Assembly: GCF_009914755.1 (NCBI RefSeq)
Contig: NC_060929.1
Length of the DNA: 64,000 nucleotides
Strand: one strand, 5' to 3'
Source of the DNA: the human T2T-CHM13v2.0 reference genome, Homo sapiens
Shown: positions 17,471 to 30,478 of the stretch, one piece after another
Layout: each line of letters begins with the position of its first letter
How positions within the stretch are numbered: the stretch's first letter is position 1
The notes under the pieces: generated by a model
What the model was told of the DNA's origin: nothing
The model's database searches: none
The model's input: only the letters and a program-made list of their open reading frames with translations
Position numbers and translations under genes: made by a program

Positions 17471-17700
17471 AATGATGGAAAATTTACAGGTCATTCAGGG
17501 AAGAACAACCAATCCTCAACCTAAGTACAAAATCAGAAGCAACTAAAGATTGAATAGGTCCAAACTGCCTTAGCTCATTAAGGTATAAGCATGGAAAGGT
17601 AAGACATTAGCTCATTAAGACTACAGTATACATACAAAGCCTGCTTAAAGTCACTAAATAGAAATTATAATCATTTAAATCATATACATTTAAATTAGGA

Positions 17701-17780
17701 TTATTTAAATTTAAATAAATTAAATTTATTTTAAATTATTTAAATTTAAATAAATTAAATTTATTTTAAATTATTTAAAT
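17701..17780. repeat. Pure A/T tandem repeat, 2.3 copies of 35 bp
   Basis: ttatttaaatttaaataaattaaatttattttaaa twice (17701-17735, 17736-17770) plus a 10-bp partial copy. Confidence 0.9.
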
Positions 17781-17889
17781 AGTTTGGAGAAGAAGAAAAC
17801 AATGACCACTAAAGTTGAAGAAGTATACAGAGGATTCAGAGAAATGTTTTTAAATTTAAAAATATCCTATTTTTCAGTCAGTAGATTAT

Positions 17890-18100
17890 AGTAATACAGG
17901 AAGGGCTCTGAGTCAGACAGATAAGTTTGAATCCTGGCTTCACTCTATGTCCTAGAGCAAATTACTTAACATCTCTATGTCTTAGTTTCCTCACTGTAAA
18001 ATGGAGATAATAAATAATGGTATCTACCTTGTTTGGTAGGTTAGAAGGATTAAAAGAGATAATGCACATCAATGTCTGAGCCAATAAATGTTGTTGTTAC
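17890..18100 (+). mobile_element. MIR
   Basis: ggctctgagtcagac...gtttgaatcctggct...tagtttcctcactgtaaaatggagataata. Confidence 0.85.
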
Positions 18101-18339
18101 TTAAGGATTGTCCTTTCTATAATTTCAGGTAAAATAGCAAAGATTTCGTGAGCATAAAGATACAGACATAGATTAAAGATAATATAATACAACCCATTCG
18201 AGCCATTGTCGGTCATCTCAAAGATGTATTTCCTTAATAAACAAAACATTATCATTGGGTCAAATATTAGTGAACAACATAGCTTATCTGTTGAGTTAGT
18301 TTAGCAGTTCTCATATGGCAGTAGCAGTAGTGACTCATT

Positions 18340-18725
18340 TAGTTTTCTTCCCCTTACTGTGTCTAGCACAGAACATGGTAGCTGCTAAATGCCTTTCTTA
18401 TGGTAGGTGGTCAATAAAGCTGAACTGAATTTATCTGCAGACAGCCCACTTGAACAGTGCTGTTTGAAATTTCTTTTATAGGTGACAGATCATTTAATTC
18501 TACACTTGTAAGACAAGGCCCAATAGCATGGTGCTTGAGAACATGGGTCCCAGAAATAGAAAGATCTGCATATGACTTCTAAGTATCAATCCTGATTTCA
18601 TACAACATGATCAGGGCAAGTTAATCTTTCTAAGTTTCTTTCTGTGTTCATGAAATTGGGATAATAGGAATGGGTTGTCATTAGCGCAGTGTTTGGCATA
18701 TGGACAGTGCTCACTTAATAATTGT
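18340..18725 (+). mobile_element. L2 3'-end fragment followed by a MIR
   Basis: tgtctagcacagaacatgg...ggtcaataaagctgaactgaat (L2 end), then gggcaagttaatctttctaagtttc (MIR). Confidence 0.55.
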
Positions 18726-19259
18726 TTCATATCAAAGTTCAGATAAAGGAGCTTGGGAAATAATCTATGCACCTACACTTGTGGAAAATGCTTCAAATTC
18801 TGGTGTTAAAGAGGACACACATACTTTTCTCTCATGAATGAGAAAACACTTCAATATCAACCCTAAAGACTCCATAGCAACTTACACACATTTTCAACCA
18901 TATGGATCTTTTCTTCTGTTATAAACTATATTTAGCACATATAAAACTTTCGTATTGAAAAGACTTTACAAGTAAGCAGGATTTTTTTTTCAGAGAATAT
19001 AAAAATTTTAGAAAATAAGTACACTAATAAAGTGCATTTTAAAATTTATGTGTTAACAATTAAAATAAAAGTCTATTTGCTTTGAGCAAAATAATAATGT
19101 TCCTAAATTAACTGACTTTGTATTTTGCCATAACCGAATTTGGCAGATGCATCTCTCTTCTGCAATGAGATATAGCTTCTGGAGGAAAATTAAAATTTTA
19201 AGACAAAATATTAAACAATTTGAAAATTCATATATCACATTAATTTGGTCAACTGAAAT

Positions 19260-20271
19260 TTTATTAATGAAGATACGCACAAGTATAGTGAGCTATAGGA
19301 ATTTTAAAAAGATGATCATAAATTCAAAGATCCATAATTCACCAAATAATAATTTTCAAATACTTAAGCCATATAGTTTATGAACTTATTCAGAAATACA
19401 CCTCAGATTTTATATAAAAGCATAACTAATGATAATTTTAGAAATAATCCTATTTTTACCCTGATTTTTCTCCACTGGTAGGAAAGTACAACCACAATAA
19501 GAAAAGTTTATTATATCACAATAACTTCTTTCCTTTTTTCCTTTATCTTATGAATAAAATAGAAATTTTCAAATCATCTTTTATTTGTATACATCCTTAT
19601 AGAAAAAATAGTAGAGAAACTTTAAAAATAGCTATAGTAAAATGTTATACCTTCCTAATCAACTACAATACAGAATTTTATAATTATAGTATTTCATAGT
19701 TGCTCATTATTAGAATTGACTGACTAAAATATTACAACTTTTAAATATCCAATTTTACTGCAAATTTCAACAAATTTTCAAAAATTCTTTTTACCTAATA
19801 ATGCTTTAGCTTTGGAAGATACAATGGATTAAAAATCATACTTTTCTGTTATGTATATAACTAAATGTACATATATATAACTGAGTATATGTGCTTATAT
19901 ATATGCGTATATTTAATAAACAGATAAAGGAGCTTATATGTGTATAAGCATATATACTCATTTATATATATGTGTGTATACACACAGTTTCACAAATACT
20001 GTTTGTCATATGCAATCAAGAGAAATTAAACTCTTATTTAAAGTATTTTTGGCTTATATTTCCAATATCTTTAACAATTTAATAAGAAAGAAAATACTTT
20101 TATAACTACAATTATAGAAAAAAATGCATGAGAAATGTATACTGCAAAATTTCATTACATTCATTTTCTAATTTTCATGTTTGCAGTGAGATTTAACCAA
20201 ATAGAAAACATCTTAGAAAATTAAACATATTAAAAGACTTAAGTTAAACCAAACAAAAATTTTAAATGTCA
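19260..20271 (-). other. KIAA0825: Putative 3' UTR and polyadenylation region of the short KIAA0825 isoform
   Basis: AT-rich sequence after the TAG. Minus-strand AATAAA at 19580-19585 and 19260-19265, and ATTAAA at 19912-19917. The true cleavage site cannot be determined from sequence. Confidence 0.5.
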
Positions 20272-20946
20272 CTAACCCAAAGCATGCACTGCTCCTCTAT
20301 GCTTGCTGGAGCTCTTGCTTGTTTTAACCACACGAACAGCATTTTCTCTGAACTGCAGCTCACAAAAATTTTCAAGAAATTTTGCCATTTCTTCTGTAAC
20401 AGTATCCAGGTAAGTTTCTTTAATGAATTTCACCATTGAAGATGGAGCTAAAATTTCACATAGTGTGTTAAAATCCTCTTTTATTACTGAGTATAACTTA
20501 AGCATTGTACTTTGATATCCATGAGCTATTACATCTAAATTTGAATCTCTGTTGTAAGAAGGAAAGCAGTTCCACAGAAGATTAGCCAACAGTTTATTCT
20601 GTATGTTTTGGTATTTGATTATAACTTCTGATTCTGGATAAAGAAACAAGAGTTGTTGTAAGCACTGCTTTTTCAATAAAATTTTTTGCTGTGAATTGTT
20701 TATTTCATTATGGCTTTGTAATTTGCTCACTAAGAAGCGTCGAAGATGCAGTCTTATATCATCCCACATAGACTTGACATCCATAGAGGAATTATCTTCA
20801 ACAGAATGAAGAGACGTCCTAGAGAGGAAATGGAAAGATGTTCCACTTAGGGTTGATGGGAATGAAACGCTGCTGTGGCAGGAGAGGTCCCAAAGTAAAT
20901 CCAATGTCATTTCTTCTTGATTTTGTTCATTCTTCAACAAATCTTG
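20272..20946 (-). CDS. KIAA0825: KIAA0825 third coding exon (670 nt to the donor at 20277; read-through to TAG at 20272 ends a 324-aa short isoform)
   Basis: Acceptor tttcattag|CAA GAT TTG, in frame with ORF 20272..20940 ([22 protein letters not shown]...HRGAVHALG*). Donor TTG G|gttagt. It is the longest ORF in the track and is not repeat-derived. Total 975 nt = 324 aa plus stop. Confidence 0.95.
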   Translation of the reverse strand, partial: QDLLKNEQNQEEMTLDLLWDLSCHSSVSFPSTLSGTSFHFLSRTSLHSVEDNSSMDVKSMWDDIRLHLRRFLVSKLQSHNEINNSQQKILLKKQCLQQLLFLYPESEVIIKYQNIQNKLLANLLWNCFPSYNRDSNLDVIAHGYQSTMLKLYSVIKEDFNTLCEILAPSSMVKFIKETYLDTVTEEMAKFLENFCELQFRENAVRVVKTSKSSSKHRGAVHALG

Positions 20947-22059
20947 CTAATGAAATTATAACATTAGAAATGTGATTAAGTGCAATAGAAAAAATGATTT
21001 CTATAGTCATATACAATTTCATAATAATTTCAGGTTGAAATCAATACTCTAAAATTCCTTAAGATTTTATTTTTTTGCATTTGAAATTTAATCAATTCAG
21101 ATGTTTTAGAATGTTAGCTTTTATGGTCTACTAAACTTTGAATTGTTCATTTCAAACCTAGCTGATTATCTTTTCAATTAGATTTCTAGACATACAGTTT
21201 TTAGCCCTCATTGTTATCTACCCAATATACCCTGAGCTGTATAAAAACTCTGGCTTAAAAATTCTAAATACAAATCTATAGTAAAATATTGATTGAAATG
21301 TATTCCTAATACAAAATAGATTCAAGATCATGCCCCTAATTCCTGGTAGACAATTTTCATGCTTGAATGAGTACACTTATTATTATAAAACCCCAAATGA
21401 ACATATCATACAATACTTTAAAATCATTCTAGAATATAGATCTTTAAATATAGTATGTGCCTGGGGGTTACTAAAATATACCTTTCTGAGAAGTAAATTT
21501 TAATACATTTAAAGATTTTAACTTTCATTTAAATTCCTTTTTGAGAACTGTGTTAAGAAAGATTTTACTTTGAAAATTAATCTGAGAATATTTCAATTCT
21601 CTCCAAAGAAATAACCCAAAATGAGAAAAAGATACCCTCAGAATTATTCCCCAAAAGATGATATGAAATTATTCCTTTATACTTTCTGTGCTAGCAGAAA
21701 ACAATGGTGGGTATAATTATGAATAGAAAGGGACAAAAAATTTACTTTTTTCTTGGGCTTTGAATTAGACACACACATTCTGCTTCCATGCTGACTTTCC
21801 TAATTATGTCTATTTTAGCTAATACTGAAATTAGTTTATATTCTCTAGGTAGAAACAAGCTGATTACAAGAGAAATGAAAGCAAGGTCCAAGTGGCATAA
21901 AATCAGGCTGGCTTTACAATTTCTTATTGATGAAGATACCAAAGGCATTATGTGTGATTCACAATTATGAACAATTCCTAGACAAATTCCAGGAATTTTC
22001 TCTCATTCACTGTAAGCACTGCAATGCCTAATGTTCTATCTGTAATAAATAATTATACC

Positions 22060-22290
22060 CAATAATTATACCAAGAAATGCTTTTTAAGTATTTATACAA
22101 ACATTTCCTGGTTTATTCATAATGATAACTCTTTGGCATATGTATTTAAAAACCCAATTTACACACAAGGACTCTAAAATCAGGCATGCTTCAGTGACTT
22201 TTCAAAAGTCACATACAGTAAGGCACAGAACCAAGAAATGATCCCTGGCTTCTTTCTCTTCATCCACATTCTTTCTGCTACACTCCAGAG
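22060..22290 (-). mobile_element. MIR fragment
   Basis: agtgacttttcaaaagtcacatacagtaaggcacagaaccaaga resembles the antisense MIR core. Confidence 0.55.
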
Positions 22291-23958
22291 AGCCACAAAG
22301 TACACATGACCTCTGTGTAGCTTCTTTCTCTCTCCTCTACTGCTATTGAGTTATTTTGATATTTCTGGAAAAGAAATTGTCCTTAGATAGGACACATCAG
22401 CATTACTGTAAATTCTATAAAGCAAATGAGTCATACTGGTGCCTCTGCCTTGGTTTTTTTAAGTCCGTAAATAACTGTAAATATTTGATCAAACAAAGAA
22501 TAATAGATTACAGAGGTTTAGAACATATGTTTAGTATGATTGCTTAAATTTTGAAAATAACTTCAGTACATCTGCCATAATGAGGACCTCTGTTTCTTAT
22601 TTAAATCACTAGAAAATTAACAAGAAATTTTCTATGAAAAAAACAGATGTATGAAAAATGCCATCAGGACTGACATTTTTTAGCATGTAGAAACTTGATA
22701 ATAAGGTCATTTAAATCTGGATCTGTTTTAATAATGTGGTTCCTTCCTTAAAATAACATGATCAATTATGTAAAAAAACCTAGGACTGGGACAAGCCTAT
22801 CAGTCTAATGAATTTGAGCAAAACTAAGGCGGCCTTTGCCCTGCAGTGAATAGAGAATGACTTATGTGTGACAGATTAAAAGATAATTAAAAGCGTTTGC
22901 TTTTAATTAAATGAGAAAGCATTATTACATCAGCATTAATGAAATTCAATACACATGCCTCTTAATAGAAATTAAAGGAATAACTATATCCATATTTATT
23001 CTTTAAGGATCCACCTTCAGGAGATAATGGGTGAGAGGTTTCCTTAAAAGAATAAGGCTTCAGGGCACACAGTCTTCCTTTCTCTTCCTTTTATTACTTT
23101 GTAAAATTAAAGAGACATCTGAAATAATAACAACAGGCAAAAACTATTTTCATCTGATTCTGTCATCCTAAGCCATCTACAACCTCCAGATATTTTCCAC
23201 ATCTGTCTTAGTCAATGTTTGATGTTTAGACAAAAACAGTGCCTTTTTTTCCCTAAATTAAATTAAAACCATAGCTACAGAAGTACTGCTTTCTAACAAT
23301 TATGCTGCTTCTCTGGGAATCTGTTTTTGCAAGCTAGCTAGCCTTGGAGAAACAAGTGTGATAAAATCACTGTTCTTATTGAAGTTTACAAAAACTTCTC
23401 TAGCATAGATGGTGGTCAATATTAAGAATACCCAACATAATAATTCTCTGTCATTTGGTGGTCTTGCATAAATTGCTACCTTGATTGAAAAGAACTGGGT
23501 TAGACTGCAGGTTAGGAATGCAGGGAATAATAGTCAAGGCCACTTAATAGACACAATACATGGGGATCTTATTATGCTTTAATAATGAGCATATAAAAAA
23601 TGAATAGTGAAAGGATACAAAACATAATGAATATGAACTTTTCTGGTAGACAGCTGTGATACACATCAATACATTTTGTGGTATTGATATGATATATATC
23701 ATACCACAAATCACCCAGGAATCATAATATTGTATCTCCATTTATATAAAATTTTATTTTATTGATAAAAATCATAGTTAAAAATTAAAACAAATAGCTC
23801 AGTGGATTATGTTGGGGATATAGGAACATAAAAACACAAACCCCTATGTATGGCAGGCTAATATGGTCACTCAAATAAATATTTACGTATAGAAATTGAA
23901 TGAGTTGTATTCCCTGTTTACTCATCCCACTCCATGATAAAATAAAAATTCATTTTAC

Positions 23959-24127
23959 CAGTGTTTTGAAAAATTTTATCAAGTCTCCATGAGAAATGAA
24001 AGATGATTCAGATGTACTGTAATTATAGTTAGTTAGCCATTCAAAGCAGTCAGTTGTTGTTTGCAGCTGCACACCTGGACATTGTTTGTTAATTTCGGAC
24101 TGTATCTCTTTAATGCAATGTTTTATG
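23959..24127 (-). CDS. KIAA0825: KIAA0825 second coding exon (169 nt)
   Basis: Acceptor tttttatag|C and donor CTG|gtaaaa. Reads (S)[56 protein letters not shown]. Cumulative CDS is 131+169=300 nt, so phase 0. Confidence 0.93.
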
Positions 24128-26289
24128 CTATAAAAAACAGAAGAAAAAGTTATTTTGGCAGGATATAGATAATGGCTTCATTTCATAATATCACAGGCCC
24201 TGAAATCTTCATATGTGGTACCTGGCTTTGTACAATTTACAAATTCATTCATATGATATGAAAATAATAACAGACTATACATTCATAGTTGAAAGCTGAG
24301 AGTTCAAATTTTCTGGCAGTAAAAAATGTGATAGAGGAAATATAAAATAGCTACTCAGATGAACTAGAAATTCTTTTGTGTTGAAACAAAAATCAAGCAT
24401 AGATGCAATTCGATAATAGCCCTCTTGATAGGCAGTGGATGAAAGGGAGAGATAAAATACTGAACACTGTAAATATTAGAAATATACATTATCTACTAAG
24501 AGGTGAAGGACTATATAAATTATGAAAAATTTCAATCAACGGAATAGTAAGAAGTCATGAAGTAGTTATAAAAAGCTTATAATTTTAAAAGTTGTAAAGT
24601 ATACAAGCTATATACACAATGTTACTACAGCCAAATACCTTTTCCTGCCATCCAACTCCACTACAAAAAACAGAAACAAAAATTACTAAAAATTGCATTT
24701 AAAAAACGACTGGAAGGAAATGAAGCAAAGGGTTAATAGCAATTATATTTGGGTGGGTGTAATTAGGTAAGTTTTAAATTTTACTTTTCCATATTTTCTA
24801 AATATTTATAAGGCATAAAATAAAATGCTTCATTCACCAAAAAAGTAAACCAAGAACAGTGAAAAAATGTCCAGTAGAATCTTGCCATATGTATCTGTTT
24901 TAAAATTTCCATTCAAAGTATCCTTCCTGTTGATAAAATAACAGATACACTATGTTATTTTAATTTCCATACACACTTATGTGCATTGATGATTATAAAT
25001 CTTTGTGGGGTAAACTGGTGACCTTTAGCAGAGTGCCATCTGCAGAGCCACAGGGATATGACATATTACTACCACCTGATGGCAGCATATCTAAACTTCA
25101 AGAAAGCTTTCAAACAGGCAAATTCCTTTGAAGCTGAAACACCTCACCAAAAATTGACAGCTATGCATTTGTCTCTTAATCATATTAAGAAAGATTTGAT
25201 ACTAAGAGGTAAAGTTAGTGTTTTGAAAACGTAACTGCTATTAATTAAAGGTTCCATATGATAGAACCTGGTAGGCTTTAGAAACCAAGCGCTCATTATT
25301 AAAATAGATGTCATACGAAAGACTCTTTGAAATTCATCCAGGTGTGGGTTGCCTATAAAACATACACTGTAAAAGTTTAAGTAAAAGTTTTCAGGAGACT
25401 TCTGAGCATGAGTGAATTCAAAGTAAATTACCTTGAAACAAATACATTCTGAGAATCAAAGAGCCTTTTCATGAACACAAAGAACTTAAAAGGAAAACAA
25501 TACCTCCTCTGGCCACAGGCCACTCAATTTCCTGATGGGACAGCCATATTCAGGAATACCACTTCTACGTCTGACAAGAGATTGGCTTGTATTTTCTTAA
25601 CTTATGTAAGCACTTCTATGGACAGAGAAACACAATGCCCTAAGCATACCCCTTGACTCTAGGGACTCTTTATCAAAGGTTTTTATTATAGCATCCTCAT
25701 GTGTCTCATTCAATGAAACCTAATAGATTACAGCAATGTGAATTGGAAAGGCTCAGCAGTTAGTCTACCTAAATCTGTTTCAATGAGGACTCAGATTTTA
25801 GGCTAATTTCTAACATCCGAATCTGGGCAGAGGCCAAAAACTACAATTTATAAATAGGGTAAAGCCTTTAGAGGGCTAGATATTTTGGTAATTTGTCCAA
25901 ATACTGACAAAGGGATTGAGTGGTTGCATTTCAGGGGATCTCCCTCATTGATACAAACTAAGACAGATAAACTTTATTTTAAAATCATTTTGTCACAAAT
26001 TATAAAATGTCAGAACTAATTATCTACACCTGATTTTGTTTTTAGTTGGCTGTCTTGTTGTCTGCCACTCACCAATGCCTATACACCTTGTTCTAAAAAC
26101 TTAATCATCTGAAGTCTAGATATTTCTTGTCCAATTGTTATACAAAATAAATATTTTCAAAATTTATGATAAATGTCAGTTTGGTATGTAATCTGACAAT
26201 TTATCTTCTTTAATCAAAATAAATTACAACTTAATTTTCACCATTTAAAAGGTAACATTTTCAAATGTTATCTTTCAGATGCTACACAT

Positions 26290-26520
26290 TATTCAGGATT
26301 ATAAACATAGGTAGTAAAAGTGTAAGGAAATGCACTGGAATGATCAGCAGCACCCTCTGGCACAGTGGGGATGGAAGTGGGATGAAATTGGGGAGAGGTA
26401 CACAGAGAGCTTTAGCTATACAAGTAATGTTTTATTTCTTAAACTAGATGGTGGGCACAGGAGTATTTCTCATAGTACTCTATGCCTTTTCATATGTCTC
26501 AACATTTCTTAATAAATTTG
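26290..26520 (+). mobile_element. L1M (L1ME/MC) 3' end
   Basis: gtaatgttttatttcttaaactagatggtgggcacagg, a typical old L1 3' UTR motif. Confidence 0.65.
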
Positions 26521-26749
26521 AACCCCAATGTGCCTTAATTATAATGACTCTGAATTAGCCCAGTTAATGATGTATGCAAGTGGATGCATTACTGAGAGGC
26601 TGTGTATAAATCAATTTATAAAGCATTTTTAAAATGCAATATGGAGTATGCTTTTAAAAAAAAGATATCTATGGTAATTTTCTCATTCAACATTCACTCC
26701 TAGATTCCCTGACTGTAAAAATTGCTTATTGAATGAAGGCATTATATTT

Positions 26750-27030
26750 GATAAACATTAGCTGAATGTTAAATATGTGGTAGGCATTGTGATATATACT
26801 AGGGAACCCAATGTGAATAAGACGTCATCCTGTCCCTAAAGGAATTCTGTCTAGTGAAAGAGATAAACCTGTAAATAAACAACTACAACACAGTAAGACT
26901 TGATAAGGAGTGTGTACAATGTGCTAAGGGAGTACACAGGAGGGAGCCACTAAAAGTGCCTGTGGGAGGTGTAAAAAGGTTTTTCCTTGTAGAAGAGGAG
27001 ATTATATGCAAGGATGTTGCTTTAAGAACA
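26750..27030 (-). mobile_element. L2 3' fragment
   Basis: aatatgtggtaggcattgtg...aataagacgtcatcctgtccctaaaggaattctgtctagtg. Confidence 0.7.
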
Positions 27031-29204
27031 TTAGTAGAATCACGGTACTTAAAATTCCCTGACACCTCACCCCTCAGAATTCAGTACTTGTCATCTAACC
27101 TCACTGTTGCCTCACTTTAAAACTATATTTATTTGAAGAATAAGAAATATGAATTTATTTTTATGGTCACTACTACACTCATGCATGTATGGATGTATGT
27201 GTGTATGTATATATGCACCAGCTTACTTCCAAAAAGGCTGAGATGTCCTACTATTGGACAGACTGCATTAAATAACAATAGCAGTCCGGGAGCTGATTAA
27301 TATTGAACTGGTACAGTTGGAGATAGGATAAGAAACTGAAAAACAGAAGAGGATAATTATAAACTCTTGAAACTTCAGCTTATTATAAAGTTCTTATAAG
27401 ATTTCAAAAGTATTATCCAGTCATAAAATAGTTAAAAGGAAAAAAGTATGTTCCATTGGTAAATTATGAGAACTTTTTAAATAAAAAGATTGTAGAAAAC
27501 ACATATATGTGCTTTCATGGAATGTTAGAATACAAAAAATTTTTATTTCTTAAATCAGGATAGATGCCTCATAGCAGAGCTTAAAGACTTATTTATTACA
27601 GTATGGAAAACCCAAAATTTAAAAAAAAATTTTAAAACTTTTACATTTTGATGCTCTTGCTTATACTTCTTTACCCACAAAATAAGTTCAACTTAAGGAA
27701 AAGACAAGTCTTTTCAATTGTTACACTGAAATTTCGATTCTGTTACATTTCTGTTCATTTCCGTGCTTTTTGTGTTCGAAAGGACAAAGAAATCATTGTG
27801 AGGTAATAGATTTTCTAGTTTTTAGATAAGCCTTATTTATCTAACTAGATTACTAAAATTCCTTGGAATTATCAGGTAATTAATAGGGAAGAGGGCTGAT
27901 GTATACAAACTAGTATGTAATTAAAATATAAGTCAGCCATGAAATGAAAACTTATTTTCCTGAAACAAAGACATTTCTGGATAATATTTTTTAAAAGAAT
28001 ATTTAAAAAAGAATAGTTAAAAAAAGTAAAAAAAAGAATAGTTAAAAAGTTAAAAAGAATACTCCTAACACAACTACTTCAATGGCTAAAATGGTGAGAA
28101 ATTAAAACTTGTCCTGAATTGTTTTCTATTTCGGAGACATTTAATCATTTCAAAAAGTTGTAATTACACTTTCAGGAAAAAACACCCTTGACACCAAATC
28201 TTTCTCATACGTATCCTTTCCTTTCCATTACTTTTGTAAAAGTTTTGGCATAGGCCCTTATCATTGGTCATCGGGACTATATATTAATAGCCTCTTTCAG
28301 GATTCCCATCTATTGTTAACCCACCTTTTGTTCAGAGTTTACTATGAGCAACACAGTATGAAAGAAACTTTAGAGTTAGGGTCCTCTCTTGATTTGTTGT
28401 TATATACCACGGATCCCACTACAAAAGTTGAGAATGGCTCTTCAATGGTCCAGATGCTTTACTCTGGCCATTCACACCTAGTGTAGGCCTGTATCAACCT
28501 AAGAAAATCTAAAGTGCTTTCAAAAGAGTCAACCAACTGTGAAATACTCCCCAGAATTCCAGTGGGTGCCGGGTAGTACTGGCAGGACCAAAGTGATCTT
28601 GTATTGATAAGAACGAGCTTCCCAACACAGATCACTTCTTCTGCCTCCTAAATCTACATCTAATTTGGATCACTTCTCATAAACTAGTGACAGAAGCAAG
28701 ATGGAAGTGGCACAGGGCTATGTTAATAATATAAAGAGAAGTTTCTAGAAACATTCTATAGGGCTAGAAGGACATAGTTTAATACCCATTACAATCAAGA
28801 ATAAGTAAATGTGCTCCTTTTTTTTTTTTAAATCTATAAAGGCTTGCCCAGGAATTTCAGCACAATTTAATGAAGTCAGAATGTGGTTTATCCCAACAAA
28901 ACCATACAAACTGAAATTAGGAAGAGAAAAGTGGAGGATCTACACCAGCATTTGCCCTGTGCCAACTCCTTTGATTCTCTTTTTGGAGAAAGAGACAGTT
29001 AAAAAAAAGAGAGTGGGAGAATGTACGTAATAATGGGAATCCTAAGAGATATGGAAACAGATTAGGTCTACATCTTTATCTCCAATTGTCCTGATTAAAT
29101 CAATCATTAAGCCAGACAACAGATTTGACGAGAAGCTACATACTGAGGGTTTTAATAATACCTATGGTTTATGTGTGAGGAGGTAGGCATACAGCAAATA
29201 CTCT

Positions 29205-29495
29205 CATATATATTATATATATGAAGTAGTATATATATCATATATATGTATGTATCATATATATGTATATATACATATATATGTATATATCATATATATG
29301 TATGTATCATATATATGTATATATCATATATATGTATATATCATATATATGTATATATCATATATATGTATATATCATATATGTATATATCATATATGTA
29401 TATATCTCATATATGTATATATCATATGTATATCTCATATATGTATATATCATATGTATATATCATATATGTATATATGTAGTGTATATATATAT
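29205..29495. repeat. Compound (TA)/(TATATG)/(ATATC) low-complexity tandem repeat
   Basis: About 290 bp of atatatgtatatatc-like units. Confidence 0.95.
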
Positions 29496-29989
29496 TGTGT
29501 GTATATAGATACACTAAGTAAAAAAATCTGACCACAGAATGTACATATAATTCCCATTTGTATAAAAATCTATTTTGGGGTACATACATACATGTTTATG
29601 TAGAGAATATTTCTAGAAAATTACACAATTATTTATCAAGATAGCTTTCCTCTAAAGAACAAGACTAGGAAAGTCAGAGGAATGGAGAAAGTTTTCCTCT
29701 TCACTGCTCTCTCTACTATTTGAAATTTTATCCTGAGTATGTGTTACTTTTATAATGCAAAAATATTTAAGAAAAGGAAAAATGCATTTGAAGATAGCTT
29801 CATCTATCATGTTCTATTCATCTAACTTTACACTAGTTTAAGATAAAACAAATGCAATAAATACCTAAGAATCATGTCTAACACACAATTATTGACTATC
29901 TTCTAGCCTACTATGTGCCAGGACTGTTTTAGGCAGTGAAAATACAGTGAAGAACAAGTAATATTTTGATTTCCTCAAAGTGGAAATCA

Positions 29990-30328
<339 letters not shown>

Positions 30329-30354
30329 TTACTTTTAAATTCCCATTTATTTCT

Positions 30355-30478
30355 TTATGAATGAGACAGAGTTTCACTATGTTGTCCAGGCTGGATTTGA
30401 ACTCTTGGGCTCAAGCAATCCTCTGGCCTCAGCCTCCCAAGTAGCTAGGACTACAGGCATGTGCCACCATGCCTGGCT
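30355..30478 (-). mobile_element. FLAM/Alu monomer
   Basis: gagacagagtttcactatgttgtccaggctgg...gggctcaagcaatcctc...ccatgcctggct. Confidence 0.85.

Noticed and set aside
25432-25570. Possible cryptic minus-strand exon (cttgtcag| ... caag|gtaatt)
   Set aside because: Splice-like motifs only. 139 nt would shift the frame, and nothing distinguishes it from a pseudo-exon.
29246-29531. Three overlapping Y/I/M/C-rich ORFs
   Set aside because: Artefact of a stop-free TA-rich tandem repeat.
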